The position numbers and the translations under genes are program-made. A DNA stretch of 64,000 nt. It comes from an uncultured Verrucomicrobiae bacterium (GTDB lineage: Bacteria; Verrucomicrobiota; Verrucomicrobiia; Chthoniobacterales; Chthoniobacteraceae). The stretch spans positions 416,001-480,000 of the forward strand of contig CAWIKF010000001.1 of the NCBI GenBank assembly GCA_963836755.1, given 5' to 3'. Of the stretch, positions 24,124 through 33,162 are shown piece after piece. Position 1 is the stretch's first letter. Every line of letters begins with the position of its first letter. The notes below the pieces were generated by a model. The model did no database searches. It was not told where the DNA came from and was given only the letters and a program-made list of their open reading frames with translations.

Positions 24124-25386
24124 GCGATCTGCAGCGCGAAATTCTTGATTTTGGAATGCGTGCGCGCGTGGCGTCGCGCACGCTGGCGCGCGCGAAATCG
24201 CCGCAGAAAAATGAGGCGCTGCATGCGATGGCGGATGAGTTAATCGCGCGTAGCGAAGCAATTTTGACGGCGAACGAAAGCGACGTCTCGCGAGCTAAAT
24301 CCGACGTACTTTCGGCTGCGATGATCGACCGCCTGACCTTAAATAGCGCGCGTCTCAAAAGCATGGCCGACGGCATCCGGCAGGTCACAGAACTCGACGA
24401 TCCTGTCGGCAAAATCATCACGGAATGGACGCGGCCAAATGGGTTGCGAATCGTGAAAGTGCGCGTGCCGATCGGGGTGATCGGCATCATTTATGAGTCG
24501 CGACCGAATGTGACGAGCGACGCCGCGGTGCTCTGTTTGAAAACCGGCAACGCGGCGATTTTGCGCGGTGGCTCGGAATCGATTCTATCCAACATCGCCA
24601 TCGCCGAGGCGCTGCAAGCGGGCGCGAGCCGCGCTGGATTGCCGGGCGGACAGCATTTTGCTGATTCCAAAAACGGATCGTGAAGCTGTGCGCCACATGG
24701 CCGAGATGGACAAGTATCTCGACATGATCGTGCCTCGCGGCGGCCATGCACTGATTCAAGCAGTCGTTAAACATGCGCGGATGCCGGTGATCAAGCACTA
24801 CCACGGCGTCTGCATCATTTATGTGGATAAGGAAGCCGACTTGGAAATGGCGGAGCGGATTGTCTTGAATGCGAAAACGCAGCGGCCCGGCGTTTGCAAC
24901 GCGGTCGAAACGGTCCTCGTGCATCGCGATATTGCGGAAGATTTTTGGCGGCGTGCGGGGAAAAGTTTACTCGCTAAAAATGTCGAGATTCGCGGCGATG
25001 AACGCGTGCGGCAAATCGTCGGCGAACAGCATTCCAAGCCGGTTGCCGAGGAAGATTGGACCACGGAATATCTCGATTACATCCTCGCCGCGCGCACGGT
25101 GGCGGACATCGATGAAGCTGTGGAGCACATTGAAAAATATGGCTCGCATCACAGCGACGGAATCGTGACAAGCGACGCGGCTCGCGCGGAGAAATTTTTA
25201 AACGAAGTCGATTCCGCGACGGTTTATTGGAATGCCTCGACGCGGTTTACGGACGGCGCGGAGTTCGGCTTTGGCGCGGAAATCGGGATCAGCACGGACA
25301 AACTTCACGCGCGTGGGCCGATGGCGCTGGAGGAATTGACCACTTACAAATACGTGATCTACGGCAACGGCCAGATCCGCGAATGA
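24120..25386 (+). pseudogene. proA: gamma-glutamyl phosphate reductase, interrupted by a 1-nt insertion (or sequencing error)
   Basis: N half (IYESRPNVT, LRGGSE) and C half (PRGG, CNAVET, NASTRFTDG, KLHARGP) are in different frames. Removing one G at 24644-24646 restores AGLP-ADSILLIP. Confidence 0.85.
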
Positions 25387-25393
25387 ACCGCGG

Positions 25394-25834
25394 TCAGACG
25401 CCGATGTCTTCGTTCCAAAGCGCGGGATTTTCGCGAATGAATTTCGCCATCATCTCGTAGCATTGCGGCAGGTCGAGATCGGTGACTTCGACGCCATGGC
25501 TGCGCATGAAATCGACCGCGCCGGGAAAAGTGCGGCTCTCGCCGACGATGACTTTTTTGATGCCGAATTGCACGACGGCGCCGGCGCAGAGATAGCACGG
25601 CATGAGCGTGGAATAGAGCGTCGTATTGTGGAATGAGCCGAGTCGGCCGGCGTTGCGCAGACAGTCGATTTCCGCGTGCGTCACGGGATCGCCATTTTGC
25701 ACGCGCTTGTTGTGGCCGGCGGCGACGAGCTGTCCGTCGCGCGCGAGCGCGGAGCCAATGGGAATGCCACCTTCCGCCAATCCCTGCCGCGCTTCGGCGA
25801 TCGCCGCTTGCATCATCGAATCGATCTCAGGCAT
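25394..25834 (-). CDS. Zn-dependent nucleoside/cytosine deaminase
   Basis: GGIPIGS, HAE and PCYLC motifs. Confidence 0.92.
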   Translation of the reverse strand: MPEIDSMMQAAIAEARQGLAEGGIPIGSALARDGQLVAAGHNKRVQNGDPVTHAEIDCLRNAGRLGSFHNTTLYSTLMPCYLCAGAVVQFGIKKVIVGESRTFPGAVDFMRSHGVEVTDLDLPQCYEMMAKFIRENPALWNEDIGV

Positions 25835-25914
25835 GCGCGAAAGTAGCGCGCCGAGCGGTGACGAAAAGCCAAAAAGGTGCGGTGCTCGCGCAGAACTTTT
25901 ACGCGATGCGATCT

Positions 25915-26739
25915 CTATTTTTTCGCAAGCCCATCCGCGACCGCGCTTTCAAGTGCTTCACCACGCAGGCCTTTCGCAAGGATGATCCCGTTTTTATCGA
26001 GAAGATATGACGCCGGGATGCTGTTGATGCCGTAGGTTTGCGCGAGCTGGTTTTGCCAGCCTTTGCCGTCAAAGTATTGCGGCCAGGTCATCTTGTTTTC
26101 CTGCAAAAAACTGCTGAGCTTGGCTTTGTCCTTGTCCAGACTCACGCCAATGATATCGAAGCCCTGGTCGTGATGTTTCTGGTAGGTTTTGATCACATTC
26201 GGCAGCTCGCCAACGCACGGCCCGCACCATGTCGCCCAGAAATCGATCATGAGCAGCTTTCCTTTTTCCTGCGCGACTGAGAGCGGTTTGCCGTCGAGAT
26301 CTTTGACGTCAAAGTCGGGAAATTTTGATCCCACTGCGAGGCTGTTTTGGATTTTGCTGGACGCTTCCGCTTGCTGCAGCGAGGCGATGATCTCGTCTGC
26401 TTTTGCAGCCTGCGAAGTTTTTGGAAACTCCGCCTTCATCGTCTTAAGCGTCTCGGTCGCTTTCGGAAAATCGTTGAAAATCTGCGCGTAAAGCATCGCT
26501 TTCATCAGAAAGATTTGCGCGATCGCATCCGTTGTTTCGTCCTTGTGTTCGGCGACCAGCGCGTCAAAAGCCTTCAATTCATCCGTGTAATCGGCTTCGT
26601 TTTTTTGTCCCGCCTGAATCTTCGCCTTTACCTTTTCCACCAGCGTTTGGAGTTCGGCCTGCGGATCAGCCGCAAAGTTGTTCTGCGTGAACGCGAGAAG
26701 CAGCAGGCAGGCAAGCGCGGGGAGGAGTCGGGTCGTCAT
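25915..26739 (-). CDS. TlpA/ResA-family thiol-disulfide oxidoreductase with helical N-domain
   Basis: Signal peptide; DFWATWCGPC, GVSLD and SIP motifs. Confidence 0.92.
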   Translation of the reverse strand: MTTRLLPALACLLLLAFTQNNFAADPQAELQTLVEKVKAKIQAGQKNEADYTDELKAFDALVAEHKDETTDAIAQIFLMKAMLYAQIFNDFPKATETLKTMKAEFPKTSQAAKADEIIASLQQAEASSKIQNSLAVGSKFPDFDVKDLDGKPLSVAQEKGKLLMIDFWATWCGPCVGELPNVIKTYQKHHDQGFDIIGVSLDKDKAKLSSFLQENKMTWPQYFDGKGWQNQLAQTYGINSIPASYLLDKNGIILAKGLRGEALESAVADGLAKK

Positions 26740-26887
26740 GCGCGAAGCTGAGCATTCGCCGCTGCGCGAGGCAAGATAATCGCGCTCGCCGCGCGGGCGC
26801 GCGCGCAAAATCTCGCGTGAAAAAATCAAAAGAGCGGGTTGACATTTTTCCGATGCCGGGGACGCTCCTTTTCCCGCCCGCCCGCCG

Positions 26888-27820
26888 ATGGAACTACGAG
26901 AAAAAATATTCGTCGCTTATTGTTATCCCGACAAAAAGTGGCTCGACCGCCTGCAGCCCGCACTCGCGGAGCTGGCTGTGGCGCCGGACATCATCGTCTG
27001 GGACGAAAGGAAATTGCGCGCGAGCAAACTTTGGTGCCAGGAGCTGCCGCGGATTCTGGCGGAGAGCAAAATCGCGCTGATGCTGGTCAGCGATCTTTTC
27101 TTGGAATCGGATTTCATCCGCGTCGCGAAAATGCCTGCGCGATTTGCTGCCGAGCGCGCGGCTGGTTTGCACGGTGGTTGGGTGCTAATCACACATTGCC
27201 GCTACGAATCTGCAGGGCTCGATGAAGCGCTTGCGGTCAACGATCTCGACCGGCCTTTCGATGCATTGAATGTCGCGCAACGCGAAAATGTGGCAGCGGG
27301 AATCGGGCGAAAGTTGCGCAAGATCGCCGGCATCGTCGAACCCGCGAAGCCGGTAGAAACGCCGGCTGAGCCGAGCTTTTCCAAAACCAAAAAGTCGGTC
27401 GCAGAAAACGCGGAGGAGCCAACTTTGTTTAACGAAGAGCTGGCGAGCGAACCAGAGCCCGCGGCAAAAGCTGCGCCGCAATTTTTGTCCGAACTCAGCA
27501 CGATCATCGCGGCGCGGCGCCAGAACACCGGCGAACTGCGGCGGCTCGCGCGATGGGGAATGCTCGCGTCGCTCGTAGTCATTGCGATCGCGCTGCTGGT
27601 CGTGCTGCTCACCGGCAGCCTTTCGCTGCTGTTGATGATTGCTGGATTTGGATTTTTCATCGCGTCGATGGTTTTCGCCTTGCGAAAGCGCATCGAATTT
27701 CTCGCACAAAGTATCGTCGGCATGCGTTATATCCGCACCGGCATCAGCGAAGGCAGCCTGCCTGAGCGGCAGCGCGCGGCCTTGACGCAAAAGGCGATGG
27801 ACATTGTCGGCGAAACCTGA
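26888..27820 (+). CDS. TIR-domain protein with two C-terminal TM helices
   Basis: KIFVAY...DKKWLDRL...VWDE...W...IALMLVSDLFLESDFI...AVND...RPFDAL matches the bacterial TIR_2 pattern; linker then two hydrophobic helices. Confidence 0.8.
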   Translation: MELREKIFVAYCYPDKKWLDRLQPALAELAVAPDIIVWDERKLRASKLWCQELPRILAESKIALMLVSDLFLESDFIRVAKMPARFAAERAAGLHGGWVLITHCRYESAGLDEALAVNDLDRPFDALNVAQRENVAAGIGRKLRKIAGIVEPAKPVETPAEPSFSKTKKSVAENAEEPTLFNEELASEPEPAAKAAPQFLSELSTIIAARRQNTGELRRLARWGMLASLVVIAIALLVVLLTGSLSLLLMIAGFGFFIASMVFALRKRIEFLAQSIVGMRYIRTGISEGSLPERQRAALTQKAMDIVGET

Positions 27821-27832
27821 GGACGCAATATT

Positions 27833-28678
27833 ATGAGCCAACCAAATCTGCCTAACGCCGATTTCGATCAATCTTTTTCAAAGGCGAGCTTGCGCGAAAA
27901 AAAGCTGCGTCAAAGTGCGACGTTCGCGCTCGTCGTGCCAGCGGTCGTCGGCGCGCTGTGGCTGATTTATTCCGTAAGCCAGGTGACGACGTGGGTTTCT
28001 CGATCGCATGAAATCCGACAGCGCGAAGCTGCCGTCGAGCAGCGCGAAAAAGATGCGAAGCGGCATGTCGCGGAGGCAGATCAGCATCGCGCCGAGGCCG
28101 AGGCGCTCGCGCACACTTCGCAGCAAAAGGCGGCGGCGGCGCAACAGCACGCGGACGATGTGGAGCAGCGGCTTGTCAAGGTTCGCAGTGAAATCGGCGC
28201 ACTCGGGACTTTGATCCCAGACTTCAATTCCGCTCGCGCGAAAGCGGCGAAGCTTATGGCAAGCGAAGCGCTCGAAACGCAGCTCATGGAAATGCGCGCG
28301 GCCGTCGGTCGCACGCTCGGCCGGATGGAGCAGCAGATCGACACGGCGCTGCCGGAGGCCGAGCAAAAAACGCGCGTTTACATTTTTCTCGCCGACGAAA
28401 GCGAGCGCGATAAAGCGGCTGCGCTCAAGACAAAACTCGAGAGCGCTCGATTCGATGTGCCGGCAGTCACCAAAAACACTTCGCGGCGAATCGATGGAGT
28501 CGAAGTTCGATTTTTCCGCGAGCAGGATAAAGCTGATGCCGCGCAGCTTGCCGGACTCGTCGACGAGCAGCTCGCGCTCTCGGGCGATAAGCCGATTTAC
28601 ACTTCGGATTCAGATTTCGCTGCGGGCGGGAAAAAGTTCCAAGTCTGGATTGGGAGAACGGCTGCTCAAACACATTGA
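27833..28678 (+). CDS. single-TM coiled-coil protein with LytR_C-like C-terminal domain
   Basis: N-terminal TM, coiled coil, then RVYIFLADESERDKAAALK...FDVP...EVRFFREQDKADA...FQVWIG. Confidence 0.7.
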   Translation: MSQPNLPNADFDQSFSKASLREKKLRQSATFALVVPAVVGALWLIYSVSQVTTWVSRSHEIRQREAAVEQREKDAKRHVAEADQHRAEAEALAHTSQQKAAAAQQHADDVEQRLVKVRSEIGALGTLIPDFNSARAKAAKLMASEALETQLMEMRAAVGRTLGRMEQQIDTALPEAEQKTRVYIFLADESERDKAAALKTKLESARFDVPAVTKNTSRRIDGVEVRFFREQDKADAAQLAGLVDEQLALSGDKPIYTSDSDFAAGGKKFQVWIGRTAAQTH

Positions 28679-28746
28679 TAGACCTCTGTTTTCGCGCGAA
28701 AGTTCCTTCCTTGATGCAGGCCGCTCCGTTTTCTAATTTCTCGCGG

Positions 28747-29205
28747 ATGAAAATTTTCAGCGCACTTGCTTTTTTGATGTCGGCCATTTCAGCGAGTGCG
28801 GCCAGTTATTCCGATACGGAAGCGGCGAATCACGAAGGCGAAAATGCTGAGGTGCATGGAAAAGTTTTTGACGTGCATGTGACGCAGTCGGGAATGGTGA
28901 TGATCAACTTCGGCGCAAAATATCCCGCGCAAACTTTCACCGCAGTGATTTTTCCGGATCACGCAAATCAATTTCCCGATCCCGAAAAATTCCTTGGCGC
29001 GACGCTTTCCGTGAGCGGCGAAATCAAGTCGCACCATAACAAACCGGAGCTGGTTGTGGATGCGCCAGCGCAACTCAAGGTGCTCGCGGAAGCGCCGGCC
29101 GCCACGCCTGCGCCCGCGCCAGTTGCGGGCGCTGCGGGAAAATCCGCGGAAACGATTGTTGGGCCCGACGGCGTCACTCGCCGCATCGTTCCATTCTCGT
29201 TTTGA
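28747..29205 (+). CDS. exported OB-fold protein
   Basis: Signal peptide; EAANHEGE...VHGKV...INFGAKYPAQTFTAVIF...VSGEI...KPELVV. Confidence 0.8.
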   Translation: MKIFSALAFLMSAISASAASYSDTEAANHEGENAEVHGKVFDVHVTQSGMVMINFGAKYPAQTFTAVIFPDHANQFPDPEKFLGATLSVSGEIKSHHNKPELVVDAPAQLKVLAEAPAATPAPAPVAGAAGKSAETIVGPDGVTRRIVPFSF

Positions 29206-29228
29206 AGTAGAACGGCGCGCGTCGCCGA

Positions 29229-29771
29229 CTACTGGGAGGAGTTCGGATGCTGCTGCAGAAACGCTTTTCGCTGCCGCGTCTCTTCGTCGAGGCGTGCCTT
29301 GTGCGCGAGTTGCTCCGCCGTCGGATTGAGAATCGACGAAGTCGGCGGCACATCCGGCAGCGCCGGATAACCCGGGAGATGCGCGCCTTGCAGCGGCCCT
29401 GAAGCCTCGAGGTGACCAATCTGAAGACCGGTCTGCGATTTTGTTGAAGACGTGGAAGTGGTCGTTAGGTTCGCGGCCGGGTCAGGCTGACTGGCAAGCG
29501 AAAGAGCCGGCCGGTTCTGCTTTGACGCCGGATCATCCGAAAGCGGATCACTGAGTTGATTTAAATAAGCGCGATAACCCTGAAAAATTTCCTCGATCAC
29601 ATTTTTGTGTTCGGTCGCGAATTGCTGGACCTGCGCGGCCGTGGCCGCATCCTGATTTTTTGACGCTTGCGTGACGACTTGCTGAAGCAGGTCATCGTTT
29701 TCATCGGCGCGAACGGCTTCCGATGCAACGCCTGCGAATATGCAGGTGATCGAAAAGATTGCTGCTTTCAT
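29229..29771 (-). CDS. exported hypothetical protein
   Basis: Signal-peptide-like N-terminus; Q/P/T-rich. Confidence 0.6.
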   Translation of the reverse strand: MKAAIFSITCIFAGVASEAVRADENDDLLQQVVTQASKNQDAATAAQVQQFATEHKNVIEEIFQGYRAYLNQLSDPLSDDPASKQNRPALSLASQPDPAANLTTTSTSSTKSQTGLQIGHLEASGPLQGAHLPGYPALPDVPPTSSILNPTAEQLAHKARLDEETRQRKAFLQQHPNSSQ

Positions 29772-29850
29772 CGTCGCGCTTTCTTTCGTGAATCATACGC
29801 CGCTTTGCGCGGGGATACAGCGCAATCCTTCGGCAGGAATTCAACGCGCG

Positions 29851-30997
29851 TCAAAGTTCATCCACGTTTGCGCCAGCGCCTTTTTTCGCGACGAGGCCGC
29901 GCAATTTTCCGTGGATGAATTCACTGATGTCGCCATCCATCACCGCCTGCACATTGCCGGTCTGCACGCCGGTGCGGTGGTCCTTCACCATTTGATACGG
30001 CTGAAAAACGTAGCTGCGAATCTGGTTTCCCCATGCGATGTCGCCCTTCTCGCCGTATTGGCGGTCGAGCTCCGCGCGCTTTTTATCCTGCTCGAGCTGG
30101 AAAAGTTTCGCCTTCAACATGCGCATCGCCAGCTCGCGGTTGCGGCCCTGGCTTCGCTCGGCCTGGCACGCGACGACGATGCCCGTCGGCTTATGCACAA
30201 GTCTCACAGCCGTCTCCACTTTGTTAACATTCTGTCCGCCCTTGCCGCCGCTGCGAAAAGTGTCGAGCTCAATGTCGACGGGATTGATTTCCACCGGTTC
30301 GCTCTCAGCAATTTCCGGCACGACATCGACGCTCGCGAACGAAGTGTGCCGCCGCTTGTTCGCGTCGAACGGCGAAATGCGCACGAGGCGATGCACGCCG
30401 CGCTCGGTCTGCAAATAGCCATACGCGTGCTCGCCTTGCACGAGCAGCGTCACGGATTTCACGCCGACTTCGTCGCCCGTTTGAATATCGACCGTCTGGC
30501 TTTTGTAGCCGTTGCGCTCGATCCAGCGTTGATACATCCGCAGCAGCATGTCCGCCCAGTCGCACGATTCCGTGCCGCCCGCGCCGGAGTGGATCGTCAT
30601 AAAAGCGTTCGCGCGATCATGCTCGCCGCCGAGCAAACTGCTCATCTCGATCGCCTCGAGCTGCTGCAAAACGGCAGCCTGCTCGCTCGCGACTTCCGCA
30701 GTCGCTGAGGCTTGCGCGGCCGGCTCCGTTTCTTCCTCCGCGAGCGATTTTAAAATCTCCAGATCATCGAGCCGCTGTTCCAGCGCAAGCAGCGGCGTGA
30801 TTTTTCCGCGAATCAATGAGACCTGCTCGACCTGCTGTTGCGCGCGATCCTTGTTCGTCCAGAAGTCGGCCGCGCTCATCGCGGCCTCGAGTTCGCTCAG
30901 TTGCGCCTGAAGTTTCGGCAGGTCAAAGATACCTCCGCAGTTCGCCGACGCGGGTTTTGAGAGCAGTGGTGTCGATGGCTTGGAGGTCGGTGGACAT
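29851..30997 (-). CDS. prfB: peptide chain release factor 2 (programmed +1 frameshift)
   Basis: SPF and GGQ motifs. ATG 30997, 24 codons, then GGAGG-TAT-CTT-TGA-C slip site at 30936-30922. Confidence 0.97.
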
Positions 30998-30999
30998 TG

Positions 31000-31365
31000 C
31001 TAATTGTTTTTGCGGAAATTGTTTTTGTCGACCGGCGAAGCGGCGGCGGAATCAAACCGAAAAATCGTCTCGCCGTCCTTCATCAAATCGAGCCGGTCGC
31101 GCGCGATCGTTTCGACGTAGGCGGGGTCATTTTTTAAAAGTTCCACCACGCGCGTGCGCTCGTCGACGATTTGTTTTTCGTGCGCGAGATCGGCGCGAAG
31201 CTGCTCCACACGGGCGTTCTGGTCGCGTTGCAATTTCAGCTCCGGCAGAAATGCGCAGACGATCAGCGTCACAATCGCGAATGCGATCAGCGCCATCATC
31301 AGGCGGTTGAGCGAGTGCCAGACGCCCCGTTCGCGCCGCTGCTGGAAATCGCCGTAGTCGTTCAT
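31000..31365 (-). CDS. septum formation initiator (FtsB/DivIC family)
   Basis: TM, coiled coil, then DPAYVETIARDRLDLMKDGETIF. Confidence 0.88.
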   Translation of the reverse strand: MNDYGDFQQRRERGVWHSLNRLMMALIAFAIVTLIVCAFLPELKLQRDQNARVEQLRADLAHEKQIVDERTRVVELLKNDPAYVETIARDRLDLMKDGETIFRFDSAAASPVDKNNFRKNN

Positions 31366-31446
31366 GAATCCTGCCGCACTTTGACGCGCGCTCGATTATT
31401 TGTCACGAAACCAGCGCGCAAAAATGGTGCGAAAATGTTTCGCGGC

Positions 31447-33162
31447 TTATTCCTGATCGGTCTCGATGATGCTTTCATCCGACTGCGTCACGCGGACGAT
31501 TTCCTCGATCGTCGTCTGGCCCAGCCCCACGCGCCGCCACCCATCTTCGCGCAGCGTGCCCATGCCTTGTTGAATCGCGCGTTGCTTCAATTCGCTGCCC
31601 GGAGCTTTTTTAATGACGAGCCGCCGCATCGGCTCGTTGACGACGCAAAATTCGTAAATCGCCGCGCGTCCGCGATATCCAGTTTGCCGGCAATGATCGC
31701 AGCCGGAGCCGCGGTAAAATTTGAAATCAGGCGGAAACGTAACGCCGAGTTCACGCAAATATTCCACCGGATACGTCACCGTTTTTTTGCAATCGGGACA
31801 GATCAAACGCACGAGCCGCTGCGCCACAAACGCGCGCACGACCGATGCGAGCAGAAACGGCTCGACGCCCATGTCCATCAAGCGCGTGATGCCGCCTACC
31901 GCGTCGTTTGTGTGCAAAGTGCTAAACACCAGATGGCCCGTCATCGCCGCGCGAATCGCGATCTCGGCCGTTTCAAAATCGCGGATTTCTCCGACCATCA
32001 CGACGTTCGGATCCTGGCGCAAAATATGCCGCAGACCTTGCGCGAACGTCAGCCCGATTTCGGGCTTCACATCGATCTGCGAAACCCCGTGAAGCCTGTA
32101 TTCAACAGGTTCTTCGATCGTGATGATGCGGCGCTGCACGGAATTGATGCTGCTCAAAAAAGAATAAAGCGAAGTCGATTTTCCCGAGCCCGTCGGCCCG
32201 GTGACGAGGATGATTCCGTTTGGCTGCGCGAGCAAAGTGTGGACGAGCGCGGCTTGCGGCGGGCTGAAATCGAGTCGCTCGAAACCGAACTGCTGAGTGC
32301 CGCGCGTGAGCAGGCGGAGGCTGATGCTTTCGCCGTTCACAGTCGGGATCGTCGAGACGCGCACGTCGATGCTGTCGCCGCTGCTTTGCAGATTGATCCG
32401 GCCATCCTGCGGCAGCCGGCGCTCCGCGATGTCCATTTGCGCCATCACTTTTAAGCGCGACAAGATCGACGATTGCAGTACGCGCAATTGCGGCGGCACC
32501 GCGACTTCGTGCAGCACGCCGTCGATGCGATAGCGGATGCGCAAATCATTTTCCAGCGGCTCCACGTGTATGTCGGTCGCGCGCTCATTGATCGCTTCGC
32601 GGATGATCTGGTTTACAAATTTGACGACAGAGGCTTCGGGATCCTCCGCGTTCAAGTCCATCGCCTGCAAACGATCATCGGCAGCGTCGAGGGCGCGGCT
32701 CGATTTCAAAATTTCGTCAAAAGTTTCCGCGCCGACGCCGTAAAGCGTCTTGATCGCGCGCAGCAGCTCGTTGCGCGGAATGAGGACCCACTCGATCTTT
32801 TTTCCGAGAAGTTGCGCGGCGAGCTGGCGGGCAACGTTGTTAAACACATCGTAAGTCGCGAGGCGCGCCGTCGTTTCGGTCGCGCTCAATGGCAGGATTT
32901 GATGTTGAAAAACAAAACGGCTCGGCAGCAGGGCGAGGCTCGATCGTTCGATTAATTTCGGATCGAGCGTCTCGACGGGCGTCTTGAAAAGTTTGCCGAG
33001 ATTGAGCGCGAACCTTTGCTCATCAACCTTCCCGGAGTTGAGCACTTGGACGGTCCACGTGTGTCCGTTCTTCGCCGTCGCGGCCAGCTTCGCGGCTTCT
33101 TCCTGATCCGCGCAGCCACTCGCCATCAGCACTTCCACCAATGATTGGCGGAGCGGCGTCAT
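31447..33162 (-). CDS. gspE: type II secretion ATPase GspE/PulE
   Basis: ATDIHVEP, RRLPQDG, GPTGSGKS, LRQDPNVVMVGEIRD, two CxxC motifs. Confidence 0.93.
   Translation of the reverse strand: MTPLRQSLVEVLMASGCADQEEAAKLAATAKNGHTWTVQVLNSGKVDEQRFALNLGKLFKTPVETLDPKLIERSSLALLPSRFVFQHQILPLSATETTARLATYDVFNNVARQLAAQLLGKKIEWVLIPRNELLRAIKTLYGVGAETFDEILKSSRALDAADDRLQAMDLNAEDPEASVVKFVNQIIREAINERATDIHVEPLENDLRIRYRIDGVLHEVAVPPQLRVLQSSILSRLKVMAQMDIAERRLPQDGRINLQSSGDSIDVRVSTIPTVNGESISLRLLTRGTQQFGFERLDFSPPQAALVHTLLAQPNGIILVTGPTGSGKSTSLYSFLSSINSVQRRIITIEEPVEYRLHGVSQIDVKPEIGLTFAQGLRHILRQDPNVVMVGEIRDFETAEIAIRAAMTGHLVFSTLHTNDAVGGITRLMDMGVEPFLLASVVRAFVAQRLVRLICPDCKKTVTYPVEYLRELGVTFPPDFKFYRGSGCDHCRQTGYRGRAAIYEFCVVNEPMRRLVIKKAPGSELKQRAIQQGMGTLREDGWRRVGLGQTTIEEIVRVTQSDESIIETDQE

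Noticed and set aside
26888..28678. Thoeris, CBASS or Pycsar assignment for the TIR gene
   Set aside because: No ThsA, cyclase or other cognate partner nearby, and the catalytic Glu appears absent.
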